Program-made: the position numbers and the translations under genes
The notes under the pieces: model-generated
Databases searched by the model: none
Seen by the model: the letters and a program-made list of their open reading frames with translations, nothing else
What the model was told of the DNA's origin: nothing
In this document: positions 14,491-27,240 of the stretch, piece after piece
Layout of the letters: each line of letters begins with the position of its first letter
Numbering within the stretch: the first letter of the stretch is position 1
NCBI GenBank assembly: GCA_951406725.2
Contig: OX597820.1
Span: forward strand, 10,788,001-10,852,000
DNA from: Octopus vulgaris
Lineage: Eukaryota
Length of the DNA: 64,000 bases
Direction: 5' to 3'

Positions 14491-14772
14491 ACGTTCCTTT
14501 GAATTAAACGCTTAGGAGAAGGAAATTCCGAAATATCACCCACCTCAATGCAAACCCAGAAACCTTGCTCACCAACAAATCTTGGCTTTGTTGGTGAGTG
14601 TCTGAGCAGAGTTGTGCAAGTTGTTATTGACTTTAAATTTCAGCTCTGGAGTGGCTGAAAGTGATTGTCTTTAATATGCCCGAGTACATGATTTGTCAGT
14701 GATGATCATAGCCGTCAATGAGTTTGCTTGTGACGGATTACTCCATTTTTTTATAGTATTTCAATTACTCCC

Positions 14773-15002
14773 GTAACGAATAATTTCCTTAATGCATAAG
14801 ACTCCGGAAAGGGTTAAGTTTGTATATAGAAACCCCACTTTATATATTGTAACGGATAATTTCCTTAATACATAAGACTCCGGGAAGGCTTATGTCTGTA
14901 TATATATAAACCCCACTTTATATATTGAAACGAATAATTCCCTTAATACATAAGGCTCCGGAAAGGCTTACGTTTCTATATAGAAACCCCACTTTATATA
15001 TT
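14773..15002. repeat. ~77-bp tandem repeat, 3 copies
   Basis: Units start 14773, 14849, 14927 (G[T/A]AACG[A/G]ATAATT..CCTTAAT...CCCCACTTTATATATT). Confidence 0.9.
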
Positions 15003-15661
15003 TTGGTTAATAGCATATGGATCCACCGATGTACAGCTACCCGTGTATAATATACGTAACATAGCATCGATACAAACAGTTCATTCACAAGAACTGTTTC
15101 CTTGACAGCGGTAGAGGTAGAAGAAGCAGAAAAGACAGAAAGGAAGACAGCAATAATGGCCACAGTTTTTCAAAAACAACCATGCAATCTCTATAAATAG
15201 ATTCCGTATTATTTGAAATGTTTTCCTAGCAATATGGAGAGTGTCTTGTATCAAAGTTTTTTTTTTCTTTTTTTATGAATAACTAAGACTCTTCCTTTAG
15301 GAAATGCTTTGCGTTTCTCACAGACACAACAATATGATTCTGTTTTGTTCAGTTGTAATGCGGTTTGTGCTGTTTACTTCGGCTTAGCATACTCCATGTT
15401 TGTAATACCTTGTTGAGCTAAAAGTTATTCAGTTTTTCTTAAATGTCACTTCGTTCGTTTCATAGTTTTTTTCTTTTCTGGGTTTTGTTTTTTCTGAGTA
15501 AAATACAGTAGAAGCTCGGCTTCCGTGCAACTCTGATCACGAATAAATCATGCTTTATCTCCTGTCTTTCTCATATTCATTTTATACAGTAGTACCTCGG
15601 TTTACATATATATATATATATATATGACTATCTATCTATCCATCTATCCATCCATCCATCC

Positions 15662-15736
<75 letters not shown>

Positions 15737-15847
15737 CATCTATATATATATATATATGTCTATCTATCCATCTATCTATCTATCTATCTATCTATCTATA
15801 TATATATATATATATGTATATGTATATCTATCTATCTATCTATCTAT

Positions 15848-15883
<36 letters not shown>

Positions 15884-16154
15884 CATACGATTTATTCGCG
15901 ATCAGAGTTGTTCGAAAACTGAGGTACTACTGTATTTTCAAGTATTCGGCTCATATCTTTTACAAATTTGTTCTGTGTTCATTGAGGTTAACATGAGTTT
16001 ACGATTAGGTGCGGTTCAGCCTCGTTATTTAGACGTTCGCTTGATTAAGATGTATTTCTGATTTTCTTACTTTTATGACTCTAAAGGTTTTGACAATCAC
16101 TCTGGTATAATAGATAGGGCCAATAGCAGTGCTAAGTTAAGTACAAGCCTTTAA

Positions 16155-16712
16155 TATTCTTTTCTACTCTAGGCACACGGCCCGAAATTTTTTGGGGGTG
16201 GGGGAGGGAGCCAGTCGATTAGATTGACCCCAGTACGTAATTCGTACTTAATTTATCGACCTTGAATGGATGAAAGGCAAAGTCGACTTCTGCGGATTTG
16301 AACTCAGAACGTAAAGACAGATGAAATACGTATTTCTTTACTACCCACAACGGGCTAAACACAGAGGACAAACAGATTAAGTCGATTACATTGATCCCAG
16401 TTCGTAACTGGTACTTATTTAATCGACCCCGAAAGCATGAAAGGCAAAGTCGACCTCAGAACGTAACGGCAGACAAAATACCTATTTCGTTACTACCCAC
16501 AAGGGGCTAAACACAGAGCGGACAAACAAGGACAGACAAATGGATTAAGTCGATTATGTCGACCCCAGTGCGTAACTGGTACTTATTTAATCGACCCCGA
16601 AAGCATGAAAGGCAAAGTCGACCTCGGTGGAATTTGAACTCAGAACGTAGCGGCAGACGAAATACCGCTAAGCATTTCGCCCGGCGTGCTAACGATTCTG
16701 CCAGCTTGCTTC
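16155..16712 (-). mobile_element. SINE family B concatemer (tRNA head; GCCTTTCATCCTTTCGGGGTCGAT central domain, MetaSINE-like)
   Basis: Three body segments behind one head; many copies in window. Confidence 0.85.
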
Positions 16713-16752
16713 CTTACAAGCCTTTACTACTAATTAATGAATTGATTAATTG

Positions 16753-17160
16753 AGGCAGGTGTGGCTGTGTGGTTAAGAAGCTCACTTTGCAACCACGTGG
16801 CTTGGTGTTCAATTTCAATACGTTGCACCTTTCTGAAGTGTTTCCTATTATGACCACGGACCAATCAATGCATTGGGAATGAATTTGGTAGAGGGGAAAC
16901 AGTGTTGATCCCTGACGCATTTATGTGTGTAGTTATGTGTGTGTGTATGTGCGTGTGCGTAGAACGTCGTGTTTGTCAACACTCGCTGCTTGATAACCGA
17001 TGTTGGCTTGTATACGTCCCCGTTTCCTAGCGCTTCAGTAAAAGGGACCGCTAGGATAAATACCACAAACCCCATTCCCTAGAAAAAAAAAGTAACTAAT
17101 GGTGTCGATTTCTTAGACTAAAACCTTATATTGCGGTACCACAGCATGGCTGCGGGCCAA
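16753..17160 (+). mobile_element. SINE family A, diverged
   Basis: GGCAGGTGTGGCTGTGTGG head and family body. Confidence 0.75.
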
Positions 17161-18959
17161 CGATAATGATAAATGATAAATGATATATGATATTTATAGT
17201 AAACTACAAATGATAAAGGATCTATGATAAATGATGTATGATATTTATAGTAAACGATAAATGATATATGAATTAGTAATTCTAGTTTGATGAAGATGCC
17301 GGTAGAACTGTTTCCATTCTTTCATGAAATGCTTCGTGTATTTACGTATCATTAAAGTTACGTTACTCATGATAAATATATCGTATAGACAACATGGTCG
17401 AACGCCTTCTCGTTGCTAACATGTGGCATGCAAAAACCCAAATCTTCATTGATCTGTAATCAATGTTTACTGTTATATCAACCTTTGCAGCATCCTTTTT
17501 GATTTTAAGTATTCTGTTTCTATATTTGATGTCATTTTTTTACTTATAATTATTTCTCTTTGGACCCACTTCGTGGTACTGGGACACCCATCTTTCTGGC
17601 CCTTAACATTCCTCTCAGGACAAGGTGCAGTCTTGTTTTAAATTTTACCGTCAATGGATGGAGGGCTGCGATATATATTTTGAACGAATCTCCCTACTTA
17701 TGGTTCGAATGTATCCCTTGTTAACCTACAGAAAGGTCGACATGGTGTAGTTATACTTCCAAACCCTTGAAGATTTTTTATGGTCTTATTCGTGCCAGGC
17801 ACGAAGCTGGTGTTTGTATGAGACTCGCGATTTAGAAAATGGTGGTTATTGCTGATCGGACACGATGGAAGAGGTACCCGAGGTCTCTACTACCATGACC
17901 TTCTGGGAAATAGAAGACGGGAAAGATGGAAGAGTTATCTTATTATAATTTTAGAATAAACATTTTAATTTAGCAAATTTGTTCGAATCTAACGTTATTT
18001 TTTAAAAAAGGGTCATTTTTCTCCAAATGTTGCGAATACGTGGAGGGATCCGATTTTCTTTGTAGATTGTCTCCGTTTATTTATATCTCTAGAATAGAAA
18101 CATATTTCTTTCGTGCCTATCCAGGTTTCCTTTTTTCCTTTTTTATTTGTAAAAATTGAGGGGTATAATCGGCTCATTTATAGTGCGTATCATCCGATTC
18201 ATTTCTGGTAACGGAAACGTTTCGACATATGACTATTCATACATTAAAAGCAAGTACTGTTTCGAGTTCTATGGCTAATGGGACGAGTTGCCCGGTTTCC
18301 ATAGTGTGTAAGTGACCGATGACACACTGCTATCTCCTAACGGGAGGCCATTTACTGACGCTGGATTACTCATTTAAAGGTGAGTGAAATTATGGTTTTT
18401 CTCAAGAGTACGACGCACCGCTCAATCCGGGAAACGAAACCACTATCTCGAGATCGTCAATGCAACTCCCTAGCCACTGGGTCAATCACCTTCGCATTTG
18501 TACTTTTCGTGTCAAACATTTAAAGTACTCATAACCCTTGATAGGATTTCCAATGGTATTGTATTGATTTCCCTTACATCAAACAAATCCTAAAAGAAAA
18601 GGAAGGCCACGAAGTATAATGCAATCGATTTTATACTATAATAAAATACTCAGCGGCGGTTTGCTGCTAAACAACAACTACGAGAACAACAACAGAAGCA
18701 ACAACAGCATTAACTACAGAGACAACGGGATTTGCGGAAATTAGACCTCAAAAGTGAAACATGATGGTCAGGACTTGAATATCTTTGATCATACACCTTC
18801 TTAATTAGCGCTGGCCTGGGGCTAAACAGCAACACGAGAATGAAACAATCAGCTGTAGGAAAATAAATTGTGTCTCACACATGAGGTGGAGAATGAAGAG
18901 GACATCGCCTTGGGAAGCACAACAGGAACAGAAGAGAATAAATGATCGTGTCAGGGAGA

Positions 18960-18983
18960 GGTGGGGTGTTGGTGGTGCTGCAG

Positions 18984-19015
<32 letters not shown>

Positions 19016-19530
19016 GGTGGTGGTGATAGATAATATGATAATGATGATGATGAGGAGGAGGAGGAGGGTGATGATGTAAATGATGTTCTTGATGTTGATG
19101 ATAAAGATGATGATGATGGTTATGGTGATGATGATGGTTACCACCACCATCACAACTATAGTCAACAGCATCATCATCATCATCGTCATCATCACCATCA
19201 ATAACATCATTATCACCATCACCATCATCACCATCACCATCAGCACCATCATCACCATCATCTCCACCGTCATCGTCGTTATCATCACCATCATCATCAC
19301 CATCATCATCACCATCATCACCGCCATCATCCTCATCATCATCAACATCCTCATCACCATTGTCATCATAATCATCGTCATCGACAACAGCATCATCAGC
19401 GTAATCATCGTGAATGATAACACCATCATCATCCTTCACCCTCACCTCGCCTTCTCTTCCTCCTCTTCCTCCTCTTCCTCCTCCTCCTCCTCCTCCTCAT
19501 CATCATCATCATCATAATCATCATCGTCAT
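18960..19530. repeat. Compound trinucleotide repeat (GTT/GGT/GAT then CAT/CAC/TCC)
   Basis: Direct inspection; overlapping ORFs are low-complexity artefacts. Confidence 0.9.
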
Positions 19531-19885
19531 CAATGGCAACTCCAGAACCAGTACCATCAACCTAATCATCATTAACGCCAGCAGCATCGTCATTATCGCC
19601 ATGAAATCTTATACCCATTAACTTCGCCAGTTGCTATGGCGAGCAAAGTCGGTTGGCTGGAGTAGGTTTATGTATTTATGTGTCAGAAAAACAATAATAA
19701 CCAGAGAGAAGAGACGTAAAGTGAAACTGAAGAAATAACAGGAAGACAAACATTATTTCGCCGTTGCGGTTAAATGACATTCAAAATAACCCAGTGCGGA
19801 GGAGAATCGCTCTATTTACATACACACATATATACATACATACATACATACATATATACATACACACACATACATAGATACATAC

Positions 19886-19931
<46 letters not shown>

Positions 19932-19996
19932 ATATATGTATATATATATACATACATACATATATATGTATGTATGTATATATGTATATATATATG

Positions 19997-20384
19997 ATTA
20001 AGTAGTTGAATGAATTATCCTAGTATGGATAATTCGGTTAACCGATACCCGGGTAGCAAATTTACGTCAGAGAGCACGGTTGAAGCTACATGCCAAGGGC
20101 AGAAATCACGTGCTTTCGTGTGGAAATTTGTGTGCTTTTTTACAATAGATAAATGAAAGAATGGAGTCGAACGACGATTTGACAAAGTTCCTTTATTCTC
20201 GACACATGTTTCGAAGACTGCATATTCTTAATTCCGAAGGAATAAAGGGTGCATTATGCCGTCTTCTCATCAGGAAAGACAAGGAACTTGTGTCAGCATC
20301 ATGACGAACAAACACTTTTAGATGACTGCCCACACGGAGTCCATAGTAATAATGAGTGTTTCTTAAAAATATTCCGTTGTGACA

Positions 20385-20385
<1 letters not shown>
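19997..20385 (-). mobile_element. TA-flanked HHR-bearing element (family E)
   Basis: TA-rich tracts on both sides; copy at 13055-13400; rearranged copy at 46006-46167. Confidence 0.8.
20190..20284 (-). ncRNA. Type I hammerhead ribozyme
   Basis: RC: CTGATGA-GAAGAC...GTCTTC-GAAAC-atgt-GTC with long stem II; stem I TTTC/GAGA plus distal CCTT/AAGG. Confidence 0.75.
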
Positions 20386-20419
<34 letters not shown>

Positions 20420-21139
20420 GGCAAGAAGAAAATGGAGGAAATCCAAAGGTAGTATTCATCAGATGTTAGACATTATATTATATCTATTTATTTATTCATT
20501 TTAAACAGTTCAAATAATATATAAAGCATTAGTAATTTCTCTATTCTAGAAATTACTAATACTTTACACATGTATGTATATATCATCTGAACTGATTATA
20601 ATAAACAGATATAATATAATGCCTAAGAGCTGATGAATACTCCCGCTGGATTCCTTCCAGTTTCTTCTTGCCATATAAATTAAGGGTAAAACCACATATT
20701 ACTCTCGCCTAATTATTATACTGAGTAGGGTAATTGCCATGCAATAACCGACACTTGTGTATTAATAATTGGGTATTCTACCAGCAGTATATTGGATCGA
20801 TATTATCCCTTAGTTGTTTGGATTCACAACGTCTAACTCTCTTGGAATTATATATATATATATATATAATTTCAACAATTGAGGGTAAAATTAATTAATT
20901 ATTAATCAATTTCACCAAGTATTCAGTATGCAAAGGGACCATTTAAGGCGAATTCAAATTATTACATTATATAAAAGGGCTTAGTAAAATAAATTACTTT
21001 GCCACATACTGAACTCATTAGAAATAGTAGCTAAAAAAACTTTTTTAAAACTATTTCTAATACTTAAAGAAAATCTATCTCATATAGTGTTTGAAAGTAT
21101 GGGGGTAAAGACATTAAAAAATCAAATGCAAAGGTTATT

Positions 21140-21191
21140 TGAGAACGTACGTTTCTAGATTAGTCAACTCGACATTTCTATCATCAGCTCA
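21140..21191 (-). ncRNA. Type I hammerhead ribozyme
   Basis: RC: TGAG-CTGATGA-TAGA..TCTA-GAAAC-gtac-GTT-CTCA; palindromic stem III ACGTACGT. Confidence 0.7.
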
Positions 21192-21446
21192 GAACTCCTT
21201 GGTTTGGATTTGAAAACACTGAAAGTGGAGCATCGGCTTCTTATCGCTTCTGAAGATCTGCTCGAAACTAACAGTGCCAGCAAACTCAAAATATGCAAGC
21301 GAAGAATTTCTGCTCTCCCCTTTCCACCAGCGTGGGTTAAAATCAGTAAACACTATGCTTTTTCGGTAAAATCCGAAGCATTAAATATATGAATTATAAT
21401 TTCAACAAATGCATATATGCATCCGTTTATGTACATACATCTATAC

Positions 21447-21526
<80 letters not shown>

Positions 21527-22183
21527 GGACAAAAGACGTCACGAAACGTTTACGAAAAAAGTACGAAATACGAGTAGATGGAATATGAACTATTTTTTCG
21601 AACAATGAAAGACACAAATGGAAAACAAGACAAACAATAGAAAAAAAACCCACCCTTCATCAGTTGTTGGCAATTTTACCTAGTCTCGTATTTCGAGCAT
21701 TTAACAACAAGATACCCTTTCGATAAAACAGTTGTTCCCGCGAAGCAAATTAAATGGACAGTACAGGATAGTGAAAACAAACAGGAAGGGTTGCTAAGCC
21801 TAAACGAAGTTGTGGTGGCGAACGCACAAATCAGGCTTGGATAGGAGAACTGAGAAGCTACAACGAAGAGAAAGAAACACAAGTTAGAAGGAAGAGGGCC
21901 GATGGCCACGCGGAAGCCACGTGAGCAAGGACGGAAGAGTGAGGGAGAGAGAGAGTGTGACAGACAGAGAATTGTGAAGGGGAGAGGAAAACTTTGGAGA
22001 TAGGATAAGTGAGAAAAGCAGGAGGGGGAGAGGAGGAGAAAGGAAGAGAGTAAAAACGAAAGAGTAAAAAGACAGTAGTGTGCGCATCAGAATTGTTAAG
22101 ATAAAACTTACTTGGAAGAGGATGCGTGGTGTTCAATCATATAATAATATAAATAATACATATATAAATATATATATATATAT

Positions 22184-22218
<35 letters not shown>

Positions 22219-22488
22219 CATACATGCATATATACATATGTGTGTGCGTGTGTGTGTGTGTATAAAGATGAATTAAATAGAGAGATACTATTGACAATCC
22301 AATAATTTATTTATATTATAATATATCATGATATACTATGAATATAATATAACAATATCATATAACAGACAATTATTTACAAAAAACACAAAAAGGCCAA
22401 CAAATTCTTTCGAATCATATATATTTTCTCTTATATACACAATAACAATTCCCTTATATATATATATATATATATATACCTACAAACA

Positions 22489-22571
<83 letters not shown>

Positions 22572-22842
22572 TATATGGTATGACAGTTATATAAATTTGG
22601 GGGTTGAAATTTTGATACAAGACCTGCAATTTCGGGGTAAGTGGGGTAAATCAACTACATTGACTCTGATGGTAAACTGGTACATATTTTATCGACCCCG
22701 AAACAATAAATAGTAAAACCGACCCCGCAGAATTTGAGTTCAGAACGTAAAGACTGACAGCATTAACATAACTATAAACTCGAGAAAATCGTTGGTTAAA
22801 AAAATACCCCCCACTTTCTCCTAATATATGTGGGACTGTATG

Positions 22843-22904
<62 letters not shown>

Positions 22905-22994
22905 TAGATAAACTTAGATATGTTTCGACCAATGATTGGTCCAGGCCATGTCTAACTTAATAGCACCACCTGATAGGATTATTTGAATCCTGTT

Positions 22995-23330
22995 TAAGTC
23001 AAGTTTTGTTTATGATCCATTCAAGTAGTGAGTTTTTGTTGGGTGGCTCATTTGGTATTTCTTGAAGGAATCTATCCAGACTCCGTTTAAAGTTGATGGG
23101 ATCCTGTTCCTCTTTGATCAGTTTCGGGACAATATTAAATAGGGCAGGGCCTGTTGAGGAAAAGAAATTATGTTGTAGTGTAGATGTATACTGTGATTTT
23201 GAATTGGGCAGGGGACCTATGGCCCGTGGTCCCAGTCTTGGATGAACCTTGAAGCTAATGTTCAGGTCGTTTGGGAAAAGTTGGCGGTATATTCTCCACA
23301 TCGTACAAATGATGTACCATATGTAACATA
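22995..23330 (-). mobile_element. CR1-like LINE ORF2 C-terminal fragment
   Basis: GPALFNIVPKLIKEEQDPINFKRSLDRFLQEIPNEP resembles a CR1-type ORF2 end. Confidence 0.65.
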
Positions 23331-23404
23331 TGGTATAATTATAAACAGGGCAAATTTTAGCCAATTCTCCGCACACAGAAAATGATAAAATATGATAAGT
23401 AACC

Positions 23405-23445
23405 TTAATTGATTTTCGAACCTTAATGGGTTCTCATCAGGGGCG
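23405..23445 (-). ncRNA. Hammerhead-like core, stems I/III imperfect
   Basis: RC: CTGATGA-GAACC cattaa GGTTC-GAAA. Confidence 0.45.
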
Positions 23446-23519
23446 TCTGCATCATTCTGACTGTCTTTAGAGAAACCAACAGCGAAATTCTTTATATACT
23501 CAACACACACACACACACG

Positions 23520-23564
<45 letters not shown>

Positions 23565-23566
23565 GA

Positions 23567-23604
<38 letters not shown>

Positions 23605-23704
23605 ATATGTGTGTGAGTGTATGTGTGTGTGTAAACATATGTGTGTACGAAGTATATGTGTGTACGTATATATGAGCATGAAGTTATAGTTATCTACATG
23701 TATC

Positions 23705-23921
23705 TTTTACTCTTTTACTCTTTTACTTGTTTCAGTCATTTGACTGCGGCCATGCTGGAGCACCGCCTTTAATCGAGAAACTCGACCCCGGAACTTATTC
23801 TTTGTAAGCCCAGTACTTATTCTATCGGTCTCTTTTGCCGAACCGCTAAGTGACGGGGACGTAAACACACCAGCATCGGTTGTCAAGCGATGTTGGGGGA
23901 CAAACACTGACATACAAACAT

Positions 23922-23995
<74 letters not shown>

Positions 23996-24157
23996 GATGG
24001 GCTTCTTTCAGTTTCCGTCTGCCAAATCCACTCACAAGGCTTTGGTCGGCCCGGGGCTATAGAAGAAGACACTTGCCCAAGGTGCCATGCAGTGGGACAG
24101 AATTCGGAACCATGCGGTTGGTAAACAAGCTACTTACCACACAGCCACTCCTGCGCC
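23705..24157 (-). mobile_element. SINE family A, full length
   Basis: Head GGCGCAGGAGTGGCTGTGTGG (RC), CCTTGGGCAAGT CORE-like motif, (GTAAAAGA)n tail. Confidence 0.9.
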
Positions 24158-24694
24158 TATGTATATGTTTCTATAAATGTGTTTCTATGTGCGCGGTTTG
24201 TATGTACTTTGTTTTCCCCATGGCATACTGACGTACGGTTTGTGAATGAGTAAAATTGTTGAAAGGTCAAATGTTTCCTTTGATGTTCTTCGAGAACTCG
24301 TTGACTTCGTACAGAAGATTATTACAGAACACATTCTCTTGGCATTGGCCTGACCTCTCTGTCTTGGCATTGGTTTGACCTCTTTGTCATTATGTATTCA
24401 TTCACAATTTTTATAGAATCTTGAAACCAGCAGCGAGTTTGGCCTCCTACTTATCAATCTGTCATTGGTAAAAGCAAATTATTTACTTATATCTTCTATA
24501 TACTTTTGCTTTTGCTATCTTTTACTTGTTTCTGTCATTAGACTGCGGCCAAGTTGAGGCACAGCCTTGAAGAATTTTAATCGAATATATCGACCTCAGT
24601 GCTAATTCTTTAAAAACCTGGTACCTATTCTATCGGTCTCTTTTGCCGAACCTCTATGTTACGGGGAACGTGAATTTACCAGCCCAAGTTATCA

Positions 24695-24727
<33 letters not shown>

Positions 24728-24755
24728 TATATAAATACATACATACATAGATACA

Positions 24756-24829
<74 letters not shown>

Positions 24830-24834
<5 letters not shown>

Positions 24835-25325
24835 TATCCGATTCTAAGTTGTCCATTTATCAAATGTTCTTCCTAGAGGTAAGACAATTTTTTTTTCATG
24901 TTTGTTGCACACACACACGTCTTTGCTTGTATATACGCAGTGAAGCTATACAATAGCATCGTATTTATATCGATTGCTATTTTCCAGTAAATATTGGTGC
25001 CTTGTTGTACCATTTATCTACTTTTAGATGTAGAATTTTACCCTTATGGGGCTATCTTTTACTGGAAAGTAATACATTCGTATTGCATTATTATTTTCAT
25101 TGAAACTTCTTCACTGTTCTCGTTCTGTTAACGTTTTGGCGTTCAGACGAGTGTACTGGCATTGATGTGGCAACATTTGAAATTTTGTCTAGGTAAATGC
25201 AGCTGATGAAGACTAATCAAATTTACGTTGTCAAACGTATTTGAAGACTTAGAAACCGGTCCTGCATTATCCGATTCTAGGTTGTCCATTTATCGCATGT
25301 TCTTCCTAGAGGTAAGATAATTTTT

Positions 25326-25331
<6 letters not shown>
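24830..25331 (+). mobile_element. Retrozyme/pseudo-LTR-like element: 433-nt unit plus ~69-nt terminal direct repeat, inserted in (TA)n
   Basis: 24830-24898 repeated at 25263-25331; HHR at 25196-25268; TA tracts on both sides. Confidence 0.75.
25196..25268 (+). ncRNA. Type I hammerhead ribozyme
   Basis: AATGCAG-CTGATGA-[TCAAA..TACGTT gtca AACGTA TTTGA]-GAAAC-cg-GTC-CTGCATT; perfect 7-bp stem I; base of stem II degenerate. Confidence 0.75.
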
Positions 25332-25363
<32 letters not shown>

Positions 25364-26849
25364 GCGTTCGCCACCACAACCTCGTTTAGGCTTAGCAGTC
25401 CTTCCTGTTTGTTTTCCCTGTCCTGTTTGTGTTACCTATTTTGACCCTCCGAAAAATCCCACTTTTTATTTAATTTGCTTTGCGGGAGCAACTGTTTTAT
25501 CGAAAGCGCATATTGTTTTTAAATGCTCGAAATACGAGACTAGAAAAACAGCAAACGACTGATGACGATTCGTTCTTTATGTTGTTTGTTTTGTTTTCTA
25601 TTTGTGCCTTTAGTTGTTCGAAAGAATAATCCTTGTTCCATGTACTCGTGCTACGTACTTTTCTGTTGTATACGTTTTGTGTCTTCCTGTGCCCACATAT
25701 GCATATATATATATACGTAGAGATGTAAGAATGTATATATGCGTATGTAAACGTGCATATATATATATAATTTATATTATTATATGTGTGTGTGTACATG
25801 CGCATACATACGGATATTTGGATGACCATTAAGTCACTTTTATTCATTTAGTTCACACAAACTGTTACTGGTTCTGTTCTTCCTTCCGCAGGGCATTCTC
25901 AGTTCATTGAACTATATAAATAGGTTCGAAAATCAGTGACATATTTTCGACAGAGTCCTCAGGGAGAAAACCATATAGAAAAGTACTTAAGACCGTCATT
26001 GAAAGTCATTTTTACTCAACTGAAATGATCGTAATAAGAAGGAAAGTAATTTGGTTTATTCCAAATTAAATTAAAAACGAGAGAGTAGGAGGTTTCCTAC
26101 AACTTCAGTCAACCAATGTTAAATGTAACTTTGCAGAGTGGGTTAATAGTATAAATGATGCAAATACAAATTCGTGGACTATGATAATGTCCAATTTATA
26201 GATTGGAATTTATAAATTATGAAGCGTTTAACTAGTTTTCATTAACGTAAATATTTATTAACGACAAAATCATGAGAAATACATCACAATTAGAATTTGA
26301 AAATGTTATTAGATATAAAGTTCCCAAGAGAAGTGTTGAGAAAAGAGAGCTGAAAGACATAGTGAATAAGAAAGGTGGTTATAGAATTAGTTTGACAGCA
26401 GATGTGCAGGCTTACAGACAAACTGACTGACTAATTAGTAAAGAGACGGATAAATTACAATCGAAGGTAGGGGGTCAGTTTAAATGAAGAAATAACTCTA
26501 CTCTTTAAGAGCATTGGTAGAAATAAACTATAATTTATATGGAGATATTAATGACGCACAGCACTAAATCAACGGAAGGACTTGAGCTACTATTTGTGAA
26601 GTTAGTATTAGTTGAAAGCGATTATATAGCAATTTAAAAGGATATTAATTGCAATACAACGCGACTGGACGTCTTTATCGTGATTACCTCTAATGTATAC
26701 TTACAGCATAAGCAATTAGTGTATTATTGCACTTTAAACATATATCTAAAGTACACATCTATTAGTAATACTATTAGTAAGAAAGATATATCTGAACAAA
26801 TGTTATAGTTACGTTTATGTGGCTCTTTTTCCATGATAAATAATCTTTT

Positions 26850-27240
26850 TATCATAGGCAAAAGGCCTGAAGTTTTGGGGAAGGGGACTAGTCGGGTACA
26901 ATGACTCCAGAATTTAACTGGTACTTAATTTATCGAACCCGAAAGGATTAAAGTCAAAGTCGACCTCGGCGGAATTTGAACTCAGAACATCGCGACGGGC
27001 GAAATACCTATTTCTTTACTACCCACAAGGGGCTAAACACAGAGGGGACAAACAAGGACAGACACACGGATTAAGTCAATTACATTGACCCCAGTGCGTA
27101 ACTACTACTTATTTAATCGACCCCGAAGGGATGAAAGTCAAGGTCGACCTCGGCGGAATTTGAACTCAGAATGTCGCGACGGGCGAACTACCGCTAAGCA
27201 TTTCGTCCACCGTGCTAACAACTCCGCCGGCTCACCGCCT
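26850..27240 (-). mobile_element. SINE family B dimer
   Basis: Two bodies joined at AAATAGGTATTTCG (RC). Confidence 0.85.

Noticed and set aside
14567-14599. Hairpin CTCACCAACAAA/TTTGTTGGTGAG as a terminator or Helitron end
   Set aside because: No CTRR end or poly-U context; isolated short palindrome
17540-18150. Possible APE endonuclease relic (minus strand)
   Set aside because: ETW- and SDH-like hints too weak to call
18875-19517. Met-, Asp/His- or Ile-rich ORFs
   Set aside because: Trinucleotide repeats open in several frames on both strands; no gene context
20630-20640. CTGATGA as an HHR core
   Set aside because: No downstream stem II closed by GAAA
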